The notes beneath the pieces are model-generated. The model searched no databases and was not told the origin of the DNA. It was given only the letters and a program-made list of their open reading frames with translations. Source: Octopus sinensis (lineage: Eukaryota). Taken from it: 64,000 bases of DNA. The stretch is taken from positions 151,793-215,792 of the forward strand of contig NW_021836289.1 in NCBI RefSeq assembly GCF_006345805.1, written 5' to 3'. Position 1 is the stretch's first letter; each line of letters starts with the position of its first letter. The position numbers and the translations under genes were made by a program. Of this stretch, positions 13,198 through 25,449 are shown piece by piece.

Positions 13198-14048
13198 GAC
13201 TAGACCGTGGGGACGGAAAACGTCCTGATGGGTCGACTTTATTCCCGTTCAGGGAGGGACTGGCACTCTTGTGGGATGTTACCTATGTCGACTTGTTTTC
13301 CTCTTCATCGCTAATAGACTCTGCCTCTCGCCCTGGATCTTCCTCCGCTCTTGTTGAAATAAAAAAATCCTGAAGTATGTTTCCTTAACCGACACTTGTT
13401 GCTTCATTCCTCTGGCTTTCGAGCACAGTAGAATAATTGGACCCAAAGGGCTCAAACTCCTCTCAGAGAATGGTTTAATCATCTCGAGGAGGAGTCACGA
13501 CAGTCGTAAAACGAGCTGGCTTTTTCAGCGGATATCGTTCGCATTATTACGTGGAAATTGCCTGTCCATCCGCTCGGCGACTCATCTAATTTAGTTAACT
13601 TCTCTTTAAAAACTAATTTTTCAAATAAAAAAATTCGCCAAGTTTCCAGACTTTGGGGTCTAGCCAGAGACGCCAAAATTAGTCGTTTTAATGAGTTTTT
13701 GATTGTCACTCGTGACTTCAGACTTGTCGATTTATTTAATTAAACAGTCAATAATCTATTTGTTGAGGAAGCAACTTATATTATTACCACGGAGAAAATC
13801 AAATAAAATCTCTTAAAATTCGTCAGCAGATCTTGCCTTAATCTCCAAAAAACTCCTGGAAAGAAGAATATTTTGTATTTTGGATCTCCTGGAAGAAGCG
13901 TATTCCGGAATCACTGTTTTGAAGTTTAGGAAACTAGGAGAGAAATGAGAAACAATTCGGTCAGCAATCCAAAAACTAAACCTTAGACAAAGTACAATCT
14001 GAACATCTGAACATTTTATACAACTATTTTTATTAAAATGACACATTG

Positions 14049-15122
14049 TTAAAAATTAAGATCTCGGTAGAAATTCATATTGGGATAGTTCTGGAATGTC
14101 TGATCAGGAGTTTGGAAATGCATTGAAGGAGGAAACAGCATTTGATTTGTTGGCTCCCTCAACATACTTTCTGGATAATATTCGTTTCCATAGTGTTGAT
14201 AATCTGTTATAAATAATGAAAACAAACTATTTCCAGGTGTGTTATTCTGGAGGATTTGTGGCCTTTGATTAAACTGATGTTGGTAGATTCCAACTTCTGT
14301 GTTATCAGGAGGTTGATTAAGGGGTAGGAGGCTCGAGTTGCTCGGGTTGTTTTTCCGTTCCTTGGACCTTCTGTTTTGAAACCAGACCTAACACTAGAGA
14401 CCTCCATCCTGACTTGGATGACGCGAATTGTTAGTCCAGTCAATTTACTCATTTCTTCCAATATATGACGTGATGGCTTTCTTTCACTTTCGTACAATTC
14501 TGTAAGTAGCCCAATTTGGTGTGGTTTGATCGATGTCCTTCGTCCTCGTTGTTTGGATTTTTGAAGGTTTTTATTGGCTTCATGATTGGCCTGAACTTCC
14601 TCACTAATGGATCTAGGCTCTTCAGGACTCCCATTCGCTTCCGAACAAGAATTAGGGGACTTTGAGATGCCTTCCGATTCCCCAGTGTTTTCAGTTTTTA
14701 CTAAAAATAACTCGATTACCAAACATGTATTTTTGTGAAAATAGTCCATGCAGTAAAGTGTGGATTTATCAGCATAGGAGAATGAGTCCCCAGTTTTGAG
14801 TCTTTTGTTACAACACCGACACTTGAGGCATTCAACATGATACATATGTGACATGATGATATACACAAACGTATTTAGTTCAATTTGGACGTTACACAAC
14901 GGACAAATCCCATAGAGCCTACAAACTAAGATTTTAATAAAACATTGCATAGTCGTTAAAACAGTAAATCCCGTTCCTCACATAACAAACATTTGTGAGT
15001 ACTTGAGAACACTTAGAGCACTGGAGACAGTTAGTGTGAAAACATGAGTCCATAACACGCAAATGTGGGTGTTTTGTATTAATTACTTCTTGACATTTGG
15101 TACATTTCAGTTGACCATCCAT
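14049..15122 (-). CDS. LIM-homeobox transcription factor, Lhx1/5 (lin-11) class
   Basis: Two LIM domains (C..C...H..C..C..C) and homeodomain RGRRTSIK...KPSRHILEEM...TGLTIRVIQ|VWFQNRRSKERK; 24-26 nt GT-AG introns, including the conserved VIQ|VWF position. Confidence 0.9.
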
Positions 15123-16299
15123 GCGGGGAGAACAACTAAAAACAGTAATGATAACTGCGCTAATTATTTAATGAAATATCAGAGCGGAGTCTACGCTGAA
15201 AGTCGCCCTTTGATACGGTTTTAAGCGACGCCGCAGGGGAGTGCAGTCAGATTAAAAAATACAATAAAATATATTTGAGATTAATAAAAACAAGTCATTT
15301 CCGACTACTAGTGCGAAGCATCCAATTTACTTTTAAGTACCACTCAATACCAGGCTAAAACCAAAGTATATATCTAACCACTGAAAATACAGTTTCCAAC
15401 AGGCGTTTTCCAATCGGGGTGTTTGAGAGTAAATAGTACCAAGTGGGTTAATCACTTAAGTTAAATTTTCAAAATCATGGCATTTACAAAAGTCAATTTT
15501 ATAATTATATAAGTCATTATATGCTCGAATTGAGTTGGAAGTTTAGTAAATTGATTTTTTGAGTTTTTGACTAAAATCACTTCTTTTAGAGAATAAATGA
15601 AAATTTAATAATTGACTAATAATATAATCAATAAGCATCTGCAAGAATTTTTTTAACAAAATAATTGTAATTTATTAGAAGTTAACAAAGCCATCCATCT
15701 GCAATAATTCTTGTACATAAAAATGGAATTGATTATAATCAAGGAAATAATTGTAGTATTTCCAGACAATTATGTACGTGAACTATAATTTAGAGACAGT
15801 TATAAAATAACTCGATTTTTGGCACGTAAGTAGTTTACTAAATTTATATTTCAGAAATCGATTATTGTACTAATTATGCCATAGAAATATCATTTTTCGA
15901 ATGATATTCCTTAAAAATATTTTGAGTCAAATCAATTATTTGCACTTCTCATATAAACCAGATTCTCAAAAATGTATGTACCTGTCAGTTCTAACCCATT
16001 TTACCCGTTAAAGGAAATTTGCCATATTAGTTCTTATTCTTTTTAATGCAACCAGCGAGAGTGTTATCCGATGCGTCGATAGTAGGATAGTACAGTCTAA
16101 CACCGGGGTGGAGCACCAAAGTGCCCCAGAAAGCGGGGGTGCCTTTCCAAACAGGGGTCTGGTTTAACTATTGAATTATAGTTCATTTAATGAAGCTATG
16201 AGTAACATCAATTGTGCCATATCTAACGTAATCGTGAATAAGGCTCTATTTGTATTTCGTTTATCAGAAAAAGCTTTCAACTCATGAGTCTCTATGTCA

Positions 16300-16700
16300 C
16301 CGCAGGCAAGAAAACAACATGTTTAAGTTCAATCACAGCCTTTTCTATCGGTAGCTGCACGGAGAGATGAAGGAGGATACCTAGCAAAAGGCCGAAATGC
16401 TTGACACATGGTGGAGTATTTCTTCAAAGGTGTGTCTTTTCAGTTCGGTGGATCCGATTTATATTGTCTCTGACATCCTCAAGAAATTCGATGCGGGAGT
16501 GACGCGTTTTTCTGACTGGAAGACACCTGAGGTCAATAAGGTGTATAATTTCTTTATAAAAAATTGTAAGCCAATCCATGATTGGATGTGTCGAGCAATC
16601 GAACAGTTTACATTTGACTCTGGCTCGATTCCAGAGTGTTTGTGTAATGGAGACATACTTACCGCCAAAAAGTCGAAAGATTTGAAATAAATTTTCGTGG
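16300..16700 (+). mobile_element. R4/NeSL-like RLE retrotransposon RT fragment
   Basis: SDWKTPEVNKVYNFFIK..KPIHDW...PECLCNG resembles LPNWRASGCDGVYNFFLKK..IH of the element at 43000-46520. Confidence 0.7.
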
Positions 16701-17389
16701 AACATGAAAGTCAATAAAGAACAGATACTTAAAAAAATTAGTTATGCAAATGAAAATAAGTTTGAACGTTTATGAGCCACGTGGAAGAATTAAGCTTTAA
16801 TTTGCATTCTTTATCTTGCAGCTTTAGAATTTGTCAGATTTTTTAGCGTTTTGCCAAATCCGTGACAACCAAAAGCTCAAAAAGTCTTTATTTTTTAGTT
16901 TCGTGGACGGATTGATTGTAGACTCTCACTATTTCAAGTTTTTTAGCACCCAAAATTTCCATCTGATGCAGTTATAGATAGATTCATTGTTTTAACAATT
17001 GAGTAATTCTGTTGAGCCGTAAATGGTAACTGTCAATAAACTATGTAATTTTTCACGTCCAAAGAGATTAAGATTGTGCTGAGCCTAATTTAAATAAACA
17101 AATACTCCACTTCAATGAATTTTAACCAATTTTGAAGAAACGCGACGTTACGCGATTTTTCTTAATACAGTTAAATCCTGGGATAAAGATATTAGATAAT
17201 TCAATTTTGTCAATATTTTTTTCGCCATGTCTTTGATAAATGTATTCAAAATAAAATAGGAATCTCCCCCCAAACGACGAAAAGCATTGAAAGTTAATTC
17301 GTAAAGTTTTTCACTTGATTTATTTCATTAGAAGCTGATTCAACTTTATCTATTTGAATTTATCTATTAATTTTTGTTTCAATAGAAAT

Positions 17390-17760
17390 CTGTTTTCAGT
17401 CGATTCTCCTCCTCTTCGAGCCCGAGCAAATGTCTTCGACGGGTACATTTATCCATTTTACAGAACAGGCCACTTTTGTTCTCGAGTCTGATTTAATTGC
17501 ATACTTTGCCGCTGTAGGAAGGAGTTTATACTCCGGGCACATGCTTTCCAATGTTCTCTTGATCACGATTGACTGGATATAAGCTCGCGTAGATTAATGA
17601 ACTTGTAAGAAGTTCTGGAAATGCTTATAGAATTTGGATGTTATTCCATCACCTGCCAACAGGTCGTATTTATGTAATTTCTCAACTTCCACATGTTTCA
17701 AAGATTGTTAAAAAGTAATCCCAACTTTGATCAGCGTAATCATGTTCCGATGATGTAATA
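17390..17760 (-). mobile_element. R4/NeSL-like retrotransposon 3' fragment
   Basis: VEVEKLHKYDLLA...RAYIQS.VIKRTLESM...WINVPVEDI.SGSKRRRID*; clearly homologous to 46050-46472. Confidence 0.85.
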
Positions 17761-18378
17761 ATATTAAAATAAATTAGTAATGTGCCCGATACTGGGGTTT
17801 TGATAATTTGCAATTATTGATGGAAAACGTACTAAAATTATCCAAAAAGTAAGGGTCCCCAAGGCAAAGGTTTATTTGGCAGTCGTATCGTATAAGAGTC
17901 GGAATCATTTAAAGCGAATTTCCTGCATATTTTCCGATTTATGGCATTTTTTCATATTTAAAGAATCATCAAGTTGGCCATATACCCAATAAATTCTTTT
18001 TTCGAAAGTTTAAAGAATTGGGAGAAGATTCCAGCATGATAATCTTTTTTAAAAATATTGTATTAATAAGTTTTATGCAATAAAAAATTATGTACAACAA
18101 ATATTTTTTAAAGTCTTAGAAAGTTTTCAAGCATTAATGCGGAGTGCGAAAAACATTCGTGGATTTGGTGCTAGTACTTTTCAACACGTTTTACTATTGA
18201 TATAAATATTTTTATAACAATTTATGTGATTTAAAAGAATTAACATAATACTTATTTTTGTTTTATCAATGTTTAAACAAAAATTAATAAATTTAATACA
18301 GGTTCAGTCGAGCTTGGTTGTTGTATTGCTCGAACTATCAAATTTAATTTATCCACAAGATATATACAATTCACATAT

Positions 18379-20169
18379 ATGAACAACAAAACTAAAAGAT
18401 CTTCCATAAGTCCTCTAAATATCCCGACTTCCCCTCAGAAACGACAACCTCTTACAAATTCTCTTTCAATACTATTAAACGAGATAATCCCAGCAATCAT
18501 CAAACACACCCACTCCAAACCCTTCCGATCTCCAATAGATCCTATTCTTGTCCCAGTTTTATTCACAAATGTTTATTTTTAAGGATTACACAAAAGTGAT
18601 CTCCCAACCAATGGACCTCTCCACTATCTCCAAGAGACTGTCCAAAGGCTGGTATTCCTCGGCCTCGGAATGCATCTCGGACTTTAAACTGATGATCTCG
18701 AATTGTCAAAAGTTCAACCACCCCTCTGACGTAATTCCATCCCCCACATTTCAGATTATATCCAAGCTAGGCCGCTCGATAGATGTCCATTTTGAGGAAT
18801 TGGTCGAGGGACTGCCCAGGTCTGAACACGTGGTTGGGGACAAACCCCCTCAGCAATCCGAGAATATCAAGCGAGGGAGCAATCGGTGTAGAGAAGTCGT
18901 CAAAATGCTGTTGGACAATAAGAATAATGTTTATTGGTGGTGAGGGAGTCCTAGGCGGTGACGAAGCACTTTATGGAGCCTGTGGATCTCAACAAATACC
19001 CGGACTTTCCTTCCTTGATCAGCATTCCTATGGATCTTGGCAAAATTCGACAGACTGCCATGAATGGGGGATACTCGGCAGTTTCAGATTTGGTGCAAGA
19101 TATGAGACTTCTTCTAACCAACTGCTATGTATACAACATTCCTGGTTCTGATTTGTATGAAGATGGGGTCCGTCTGCAGGCTGAGTTATCAATTTGATTT
19201 TTAGAAATGTTTTGAGAAAGTTCTGAGCAATTTGGGACTCGATAATTTAGGCAAGTTCAAAAGTATGGAGAACAAGTTGATTACCCTCACAAACAAGCTG
19301 GATGTGATTGCATCCCAAGTGTCTTCCCTGAGTAAGTCTGCCAAGCCTACTGCAATTCCTCCCTCCCCGAAGAAAAGGAAACGAACTGTCGTCAAGTTAG
19401 TGACAACCAATTTTATAATCATAGGAAGGTTCTGCCCACAATCGAGAAGCGACAGAACAAGAAATATTCCTCGTCAGACCGACGAATTCTGTTGAATAAA
19501 CTGAACAAATTTATACCACGTGATAATCCATGTGTTATTTGTTAGGACGGGAAATTGACCGAATGAAAATGCTGGGTTTGTTTGGAGATGTGGTGGACGG
19601 TCAGCCACTGAACATTGACACCCTGGACGAGCACAGATTAAAACTGATTGAGAAGCAAGTGGATGAGTTCATTAATCACCACAAACAGGGTGGACAGTTT
19701 GAATAACCTTTAGTATCTCCTCCTGTCAAGAAACGATCATTTTTACCAGCTACTGGTAAGGAAGACGACCTAGAAAGCCTATTCCGCCCGGAAAATCTGC
19801 CCGCCCCGGTGTGGCCCAAAATGGTCATTTCCCCACCGACAGAACACAAGCCGGGAAATGTCGCCAAGAAGCAGTCCAAGAATATTCCTCCTCCAAAGTG
19901 GGAGTGAGTGGGTGACGTTGGCAGGGAGGAGTCTCTCCTAGACTCGATATTGAATCCCTCTCCAAACGAGGTCCCCATGCCAGGTGTGATCACAGCCGAA
20001 CAGCGATTGGATTGGGACAGGCGTAAGCTCGCTGATAGGCAGAAAAGGAATAGTCATAATGTGAGATAACCAAGTTTATTGATAGGAAATGTATGGAGTT
20101 AATTTGATGGAGCAATACGACCTTTTTTTATTGATGGAAGAAGAACTTGTTGACTATACTATTGTGTGA
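18379..20169 (+). CDS. BET-family bromodomain protein (BD1, BD2, ET-like region, BRD4-type C-terminal motif)
   Basis: BD1 DYTKVISQPMDLSTI..CQKFNHP; BD2 HFMEPVDL..PMDLGKI..CYVYNIPGS; C-terminal VNLMEQYDLFLLMEEEL (cf. IDMNFQSDLLSIFEENL). About 8 micro-introns, one GC-AG (19180-19204). Confidence 0.9.
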
Positions 20170-20466
20170 CAATATTTCTGTATAAATACTTTTTTACCAA
20201 TCAACTCTGTTTTTCTATTGATACTGATTATTTCTATAAAAATTAGATTTATCTAAACCCAATTAATATTGGCATAGATTAGAATCTCTCTTGGTAGCCC
20301 CTTTTTTGATGCTAAGAATTTGTCCAATTTGACGACAGTAACTAATCCTTGGCATATTTTCTCATTTGATTCCTCTTCAATAGTTGCTTCCTATCACCTT
20401 GTTCAGATTTTTCTAAAAATTCTATTAGATCTTATTTTCCAGTATATCCATAATGCTTGAAGAATT

Positions 20467-20780
20467 TGGCAGTTTAGCGAAGCTCTGGGTTCGAATCTCA
20501 CTGCTATCATTCCGGCTGAAGGTTCCATGCATTACATGCACCCAGGATTGACGAGTGACGCCGTCATCAGTGATTTCACTGCGGAACCGGATGTCTACAT
20601 CAGCCACAGCACGAGAGAAAAATAGATGCGGGGGGACAGCTCGTTTGGATTCGTTCGTTTGGATTAGTTAGTTCCTAATAACATGTTCTCTCTTTCTATC
20701 TTGATCTTATGTGGCTGGCCAGTGCGAGATTTCACATTAAGTTGCGATCTTGCGGACGTGCCTCTATTATTTATTATTAT
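20467..20780 (+). repeat. tRNA-derived SINE-like element, copy B (best preserved)
   Basis: B-box GGTTCGAATC (20488-97) in a T-arm-like hairpin, enclosed by an acceptor-like stem TGGCAG/CTGCTA; body homologous to 5215-5900; TTA-rich tail. Confidence 0.6.
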
Positions 20781-21181
20781 CCATAATCAACAAATTCATT
20801 ATAAGATATTGGATTATTTTTGTAGTTATTAGATTCACTGTTGAGTGTGATTGTTTCACATTTTATCTATTAAGCATGACGGAAACATTTTTAAGTGATC
20901 GTAGGAGTTACTTTATTTCAAGCAAATAATTTTAAAGGTGATTGTATTAATTGGATCATGACAATTTTTTCTGCCTCAACTTTTCTCCTTAGAAAGACAA
21001 CTATATTTTTCTTTTTTTTTATTTTCTCGAATGTCTTCCATTATATTAATTCAGTGGGAATACGGCGACGATGACAATCTATGCTTTGTGACAAGAACCA
21101 GTGGGTTTTCTTTTTTATTCATTCATATTCATTTTAAGCAAAACTCTCACTCCCCATTTCAAGTATTGCTAATTCAAAGTA

Positions 21182-21700
21182 CAGTCAACCCTCCTTAATC
21201 CGAAAAATTCAAATCGACTTTCCCTTCAAATTATGAAGGAATCTAAAATTTATATGATTTTTAGATAAATGATCAAATTATTAATCTGTTTATAAACACA
21301 ATTATTTATTGAAAAAACAATTTGAATTGCATCAAATAAAGTGGTTGGGCTAATATCGTAACTCTCATCCACCTGGCCATCTCCAGCATTAAGTATGATA
21401 TCTTCAACAGTGTATTCTTCTTGAAACAGTGTAATGATTTCATCGTCATCAATGACTTTTTGTGCTTGAACCATATCTTCGTGAATCATAATTTGGTCTA
21501 GCTCATTATTATGCATCATGCATTTAAACAAATAACTGGTCATCCAAGCTTTCGAATTTGCATAATAATGAGAGTATTTCCAACATTGAATCCTTTGAAA
21601 CATCTTGGTTTATTGCTGTATCCAACAACAAAAGGTGTCATTTTAATTGATCCACTTATATTAGAACATAAAGCAACAGTTATTTAAACTTTAGATTGTT
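21182..21700 (-). mobile_element. pogo/Tigger remnant (right TIR plus DDE_1 fragments)
   Basis: TA-CAGTCAACCCTCCTTAATCCGAA terminus; YYANSKAWMTSYLF and MTPFVVGYSNKPRCF DDE_1 motifs. Confidence 0.7.
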
Positions 21701-22450
21701 TTACGCCCTTCCTTCGGCTTAATGAAATCGTTCTTGTAATTTTCTCCATTATCTTCGATGTAGAACAGATTTGGCTTATAGGCCTATTAGCTCGAGGCTT
21801 CTTCTTTAAGTTTCTTAGGTTTTCGAACCATTCGAACTTCGGTTTTTTCCCATGACTTTGGAACAAATCCTCTCTAGAGGCTGGAATTAAGAAGTTATGA
21901 ACAGTCCTAAGAAATCATTTCCTTGGCATGAAAAATAATTTGGTTTTTCCGATGTCCAGAGGTCAAAACCAACTTGATCAGATAGAATCCGCAGGATTTT
22001 TCCATCTCGATTTTCTTTTTGACAGCCAAAAGATAGGCATTTAGAGTTTAGATCTCCAGGCAATTAGTGCAAATTGGCTGCATTTGAAGAAATCAGCAAT
22101 TGAGTTTTTGTTTTCAGCTAGTTTCTTAGAGTACATTCCCTCAATCAGAATCCACACTTGTCCACATAATAACTCGAGAGACACAAATTCACAGATGGTT
22201 TCATTTTCTGTTCTCAAGTTTCTGATCTTCAACCCATTCATTTAGTTGATGGCCGTACAACCCCACCATCTCCCCACGGGACACCATATAAAGTATAGCC
22301 ATGTTTTAATTTTGACTCGTATACTACTAAGATATCCGGCCGATGGAAAGCCACGAGCCATATTGATCTGGCGTTCACGAGGATGACCACAAGAGAGACT
22401 GTCTTCCCCCAGCAAGAACAGAAGTAATCGAGTTCAATATATTACCAAGT
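21700..22450 (-). mobile_element. APE-type LINE remnant
   Basis: NRPISQICSTSKIMEKI (RT motif YRPISL..KIMEKI) and GDGGVV/QIN endonuclease-like fragments; heavily decayed. Confidence 0.5.
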
Positions 22451-22949
22451 AACTAAGAAATGGTTAATTTGTTAAAGAACCCTCGTGACTAAATTTATTC
22501 ACATATCCACAACAAGTTAGACTGACAGTTGAGCCTAGGAAATTTCCCCTGAATAATCAGACCGAATCATTTGGTCCTCATCTTTTATTTTTTTAAAATT
22601 CCCAATAATTAACCTATGTACTAATTAAGAAAATATTAGTTTATATTAAGAAAAGTCTCAAAGGTATGTTTGCTACGAACGACCCACTCCCGCTGGGCTT
22701 TGGGACTATTTAAGACTTGAACAAATCTGTCGGCCAGTAGAAAACCCCTGCCCAGCCATTTTGCTGAATTCCCTGAAGAAGATTTTATCATTGATTGTGC
22801 AGGAATGTATCAAGGACAGAGTGAACAATTTTGTATCACAGCGGATTTAGAAAAGGACGTTCAACCGTTGACGTTCTGTGGGATCACCGATGGTAAAAAA
22901 TTATCAGAACAATTAATTTTACAGACAAATAATGGGAAAAATTTGAGAA

Positions 22950-23470
22950 AAAATGTGTGGAAACGATGTGTAATTACTTAAAAATCATACACATAACTGG
23001 ATGCCGTAGAGCACCGTGATTCATGGTCAGGTAGAAAGGAAGGTTATTTGTAAATTTATCCTTAGATTCAATCAATCGTTAAAAAGTGGAGCGAAGTACT
23101 GAAGGCACTCTTTGGAGAATTAAAAAAAGGATTGATAATCTTTTGAGGGCAAAATTAAAGTCGATATTGCTGAATCTTCTAATTGGTTATCGCATGGAAA
23201 TAACTCTCCCAGGACCGAAGGGGTTCTGTGTCTAATACAGGACCATAAGCATTGTGAGTCACTGTTACTCAGCCACAAAACAGTTGATTACTTAGCGACA
23301 AAGTGTGGTCGAAGTATGGGATTAAGAAATCCAGAAAGTTGAAAACTAATTATGTTCAGTCAGTGGCTGCGAATAACTCCGACATTAAATACGGATACGA
23401 AGAGGAGGAGAGTCTACAGAGAGCAGATGCATTAATTAGACATTAATAATTACTTGTTAAAAAAGTGAAT
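22950..23470 (+). mobile_element. R4/NeSL-like retrotransposon, internally deleted 3' part
   Basis: Nucleotide matches to 45055-45110, 45620-45900 and the 46450-46510 terminus (AAGAGGAGGAGA...GCATTAATTAG). Confidence 0.8.
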
Positions 23471-23975
23471 TGTTAATTAGTCAAATTGCGTAATCACCTC
23501 CCTATATGTGCTCAATAGCTTTCATTAAGCTTTCAACAGTTCTTCTCCTGCCATGGCTCTAACAGTTTATAGTGCCTTGATCTTCAGCTACCAAAGAAGC
23601 ATAGCACTATCCCTGACAATTCCCTAGGAGACTCCTCCTATGAGAGGCCGATGTTTCAATTGGTTTCAGGTAATCTTCTTAATAATGTTGGCTAAATTAG
23701 GCTGCCTTAAAAGGACTATAAATCACAGCCGTTTTAAACCTCTTCTAAGCCAGGGATAAAATTTGGGAACACACCTTGAAGTTCAAATATTTGTGTAGTC
23801 AAAATGCTGAATTGTAATTGAGTAATCAAGCATCAATTTGGAACTAAACCCTTTGAATGGTCATAGGTAATTTTTTAATTTTAGTGAATTTTACGTATTT
23901 TGTATTGAATAATTTTAAAACAATTTTATTGATAAAATTTAAATAAAATATTGTTAATATTTATTTTGTTTCATC

Positions 23976-25150
23976 ATGACTTCGCTTCAGCAATTAAAGA
24001 ATTATTCTGTGGTGGTGGCCGACACTGGGGATTTTAATTGTTTTGTCTATATCTAAAGACAATTTTAGCCATCGAAAAGTTCACTCCAAGGGATGCCACA
24101 ACAAACCCTTCTTTAATCCTGCAGGCCGCCAAACTATACCCAGAATTGATAGACGAAGCAGTGAACTATGGACTCTGCAACTCACCGTTTTTCGAATACT
24201 GAACTAATATTAGCCTCCTCGAAGAACAAATTGAATATGCAGTGGATAGATTGGTCGTACTGTTTGGAACAAAAATCCTGAAAGTGATTCCGGGAGTCGT
24301 TTCAACGGAGATAGACGCCAGGCAATGCCTCATGTTCACCTTCCAGACTCTCATTCAATAAAACTGCCCAGGTTCAGAAGGCAATCCGTCTGATTCGACT
24401 CTACGAAGAACTGGGGGTTGGAAAGGACAGAATACTCATTAAAATTGCAGCTTCCTGGGAAGGAATAGAAGCCGCTAAGTGCATTTCTACCAATCGTTAC
24501 TTTTCAGGATTCTGGAGACCGAACACAATATCCGCTGCAACCTGACGCTTATTTTTTCATTTTATCAGGTTTTTAAACTTTTCTATTTTTGTTAGGCCTT
24601 GGCGTGTGCCCAGGCGCAAGTGACTTTGATTTCTCCATTTGTTGGCCGTATTTATGACTGGTGGAAAAAGGAGACGGGAATTGAGTACGGTCCTGGAGAT
24701 GATCCTGGTTGACTAATTTGGGGATGTGTTAATAGGTGTATTCTCTGTCACTCGAATTTACAATTATTTTAAAAAATATGGTTATAAAACGAGTATTATG
24801 GGCGCTTCGTTCAGAAATATTGGACAAATTAAGGCACTGGCTGGTTGTGACTTGCTCACCATTTCGTATATAAAAATCTTATTTCTTAGTCCAAACTTGC
24901 TTGGACAACTCGATTCCTCGAATGAGTCAGTTGAGGCAGTCTTGACTGTCGAAAATGGTGTGATTTTAGATTCTGATTATTAGCAATGGCTTCGGATGAG
25001 ATACAAGTGTTTGTCGATGAGGCGGAATTTCGTTTCAGACTTAATGAAGACCAAATGGCAAATGAAAAGTTGTCGGAGGGCATCAGGAAGTTTGTTGCTG
25101 ACTCTGAAAGTTTAAAGAAATTATTGAGAGAGAAAATAATCAGTCGTTAG
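23976..25150 (+). CDS. TALDO1: Transaldolase
   Basis: [26 protein letters not shown]|[62 protein letters not shown]. Eight introns of 24-29 nt restore an intact frame; intron 24322-24346 is GC-AG. Confidence 0.97.
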
Positions 25151-25449
25151 TGAAAATAATTGTGAAACTAATCCATTGTTTGGTATTTAATCTTGATTTT
25201 TTGTTTATTATATTTACAAGTGATTTATTCCGTCATACGAATAGATCACAATTTTGAATAATTTAAAATACACTTTTTAATAATTTTGAGAATGATTTAA
25301 AACAAATCATTAATCTGGGTTGTAAATTATCAGAAAATAGCAGGATCTGGAAAACCTAGAATATTAAATAATAAAGATTTTAATAACAGTGTTTATTCTG
25401 TTTATCCTTCAAATCTTTTTAAAAGAAAAATCTTTCAATTAGTATACGT

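Larger units (their letters stand above)
10170..13600 (+). mobile_element. Degenerate CRE-like non-LTR retrotransposon carrying two nested insertions
   Basis: RT motifs GGIRPIAVGNVFR, QLGVGVKGAC.AAAH, LLKLD; RLE motifs GLDRGDGKRPDG and LLWDVT; many frameshifts; interrupted at 10982-11216 and 12247-13197. Confidence 0.85.

Noticed and set aside
16060-16200. GC-rich hairpins upstream of an RLE fragment as a possible HDV-like 5' ribozyme (also checked 22670-22760 and 34420-34480)
   Set aside because: Could not build the nested double pseudoknot or the L3/catalytic-C pattern; an Infernal/RNArobo scan would be needed.
20467-20510. Functional tRNA gene
   Set aside because: No complete D-arm or anticodon arm; embedded in a dispersed repeat, so treated as a SINE head.
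20555-20575. CTGATGA (minus strand) as a hammerhead ribozyme core; also at 1065, 42867 and 53208
   Set aside because: No stem II closed by GAAA at the required position.
9029-25150. Stop-codon reassignment or pseudogene status for RPSA, BET and transaldolase, suggested by the fragmented ORF track
   Set aside because: The in-frame stops and shifts fall inside 24-29 nt GT/GC-AG introns; removing them gives intact proteins in the standard code.
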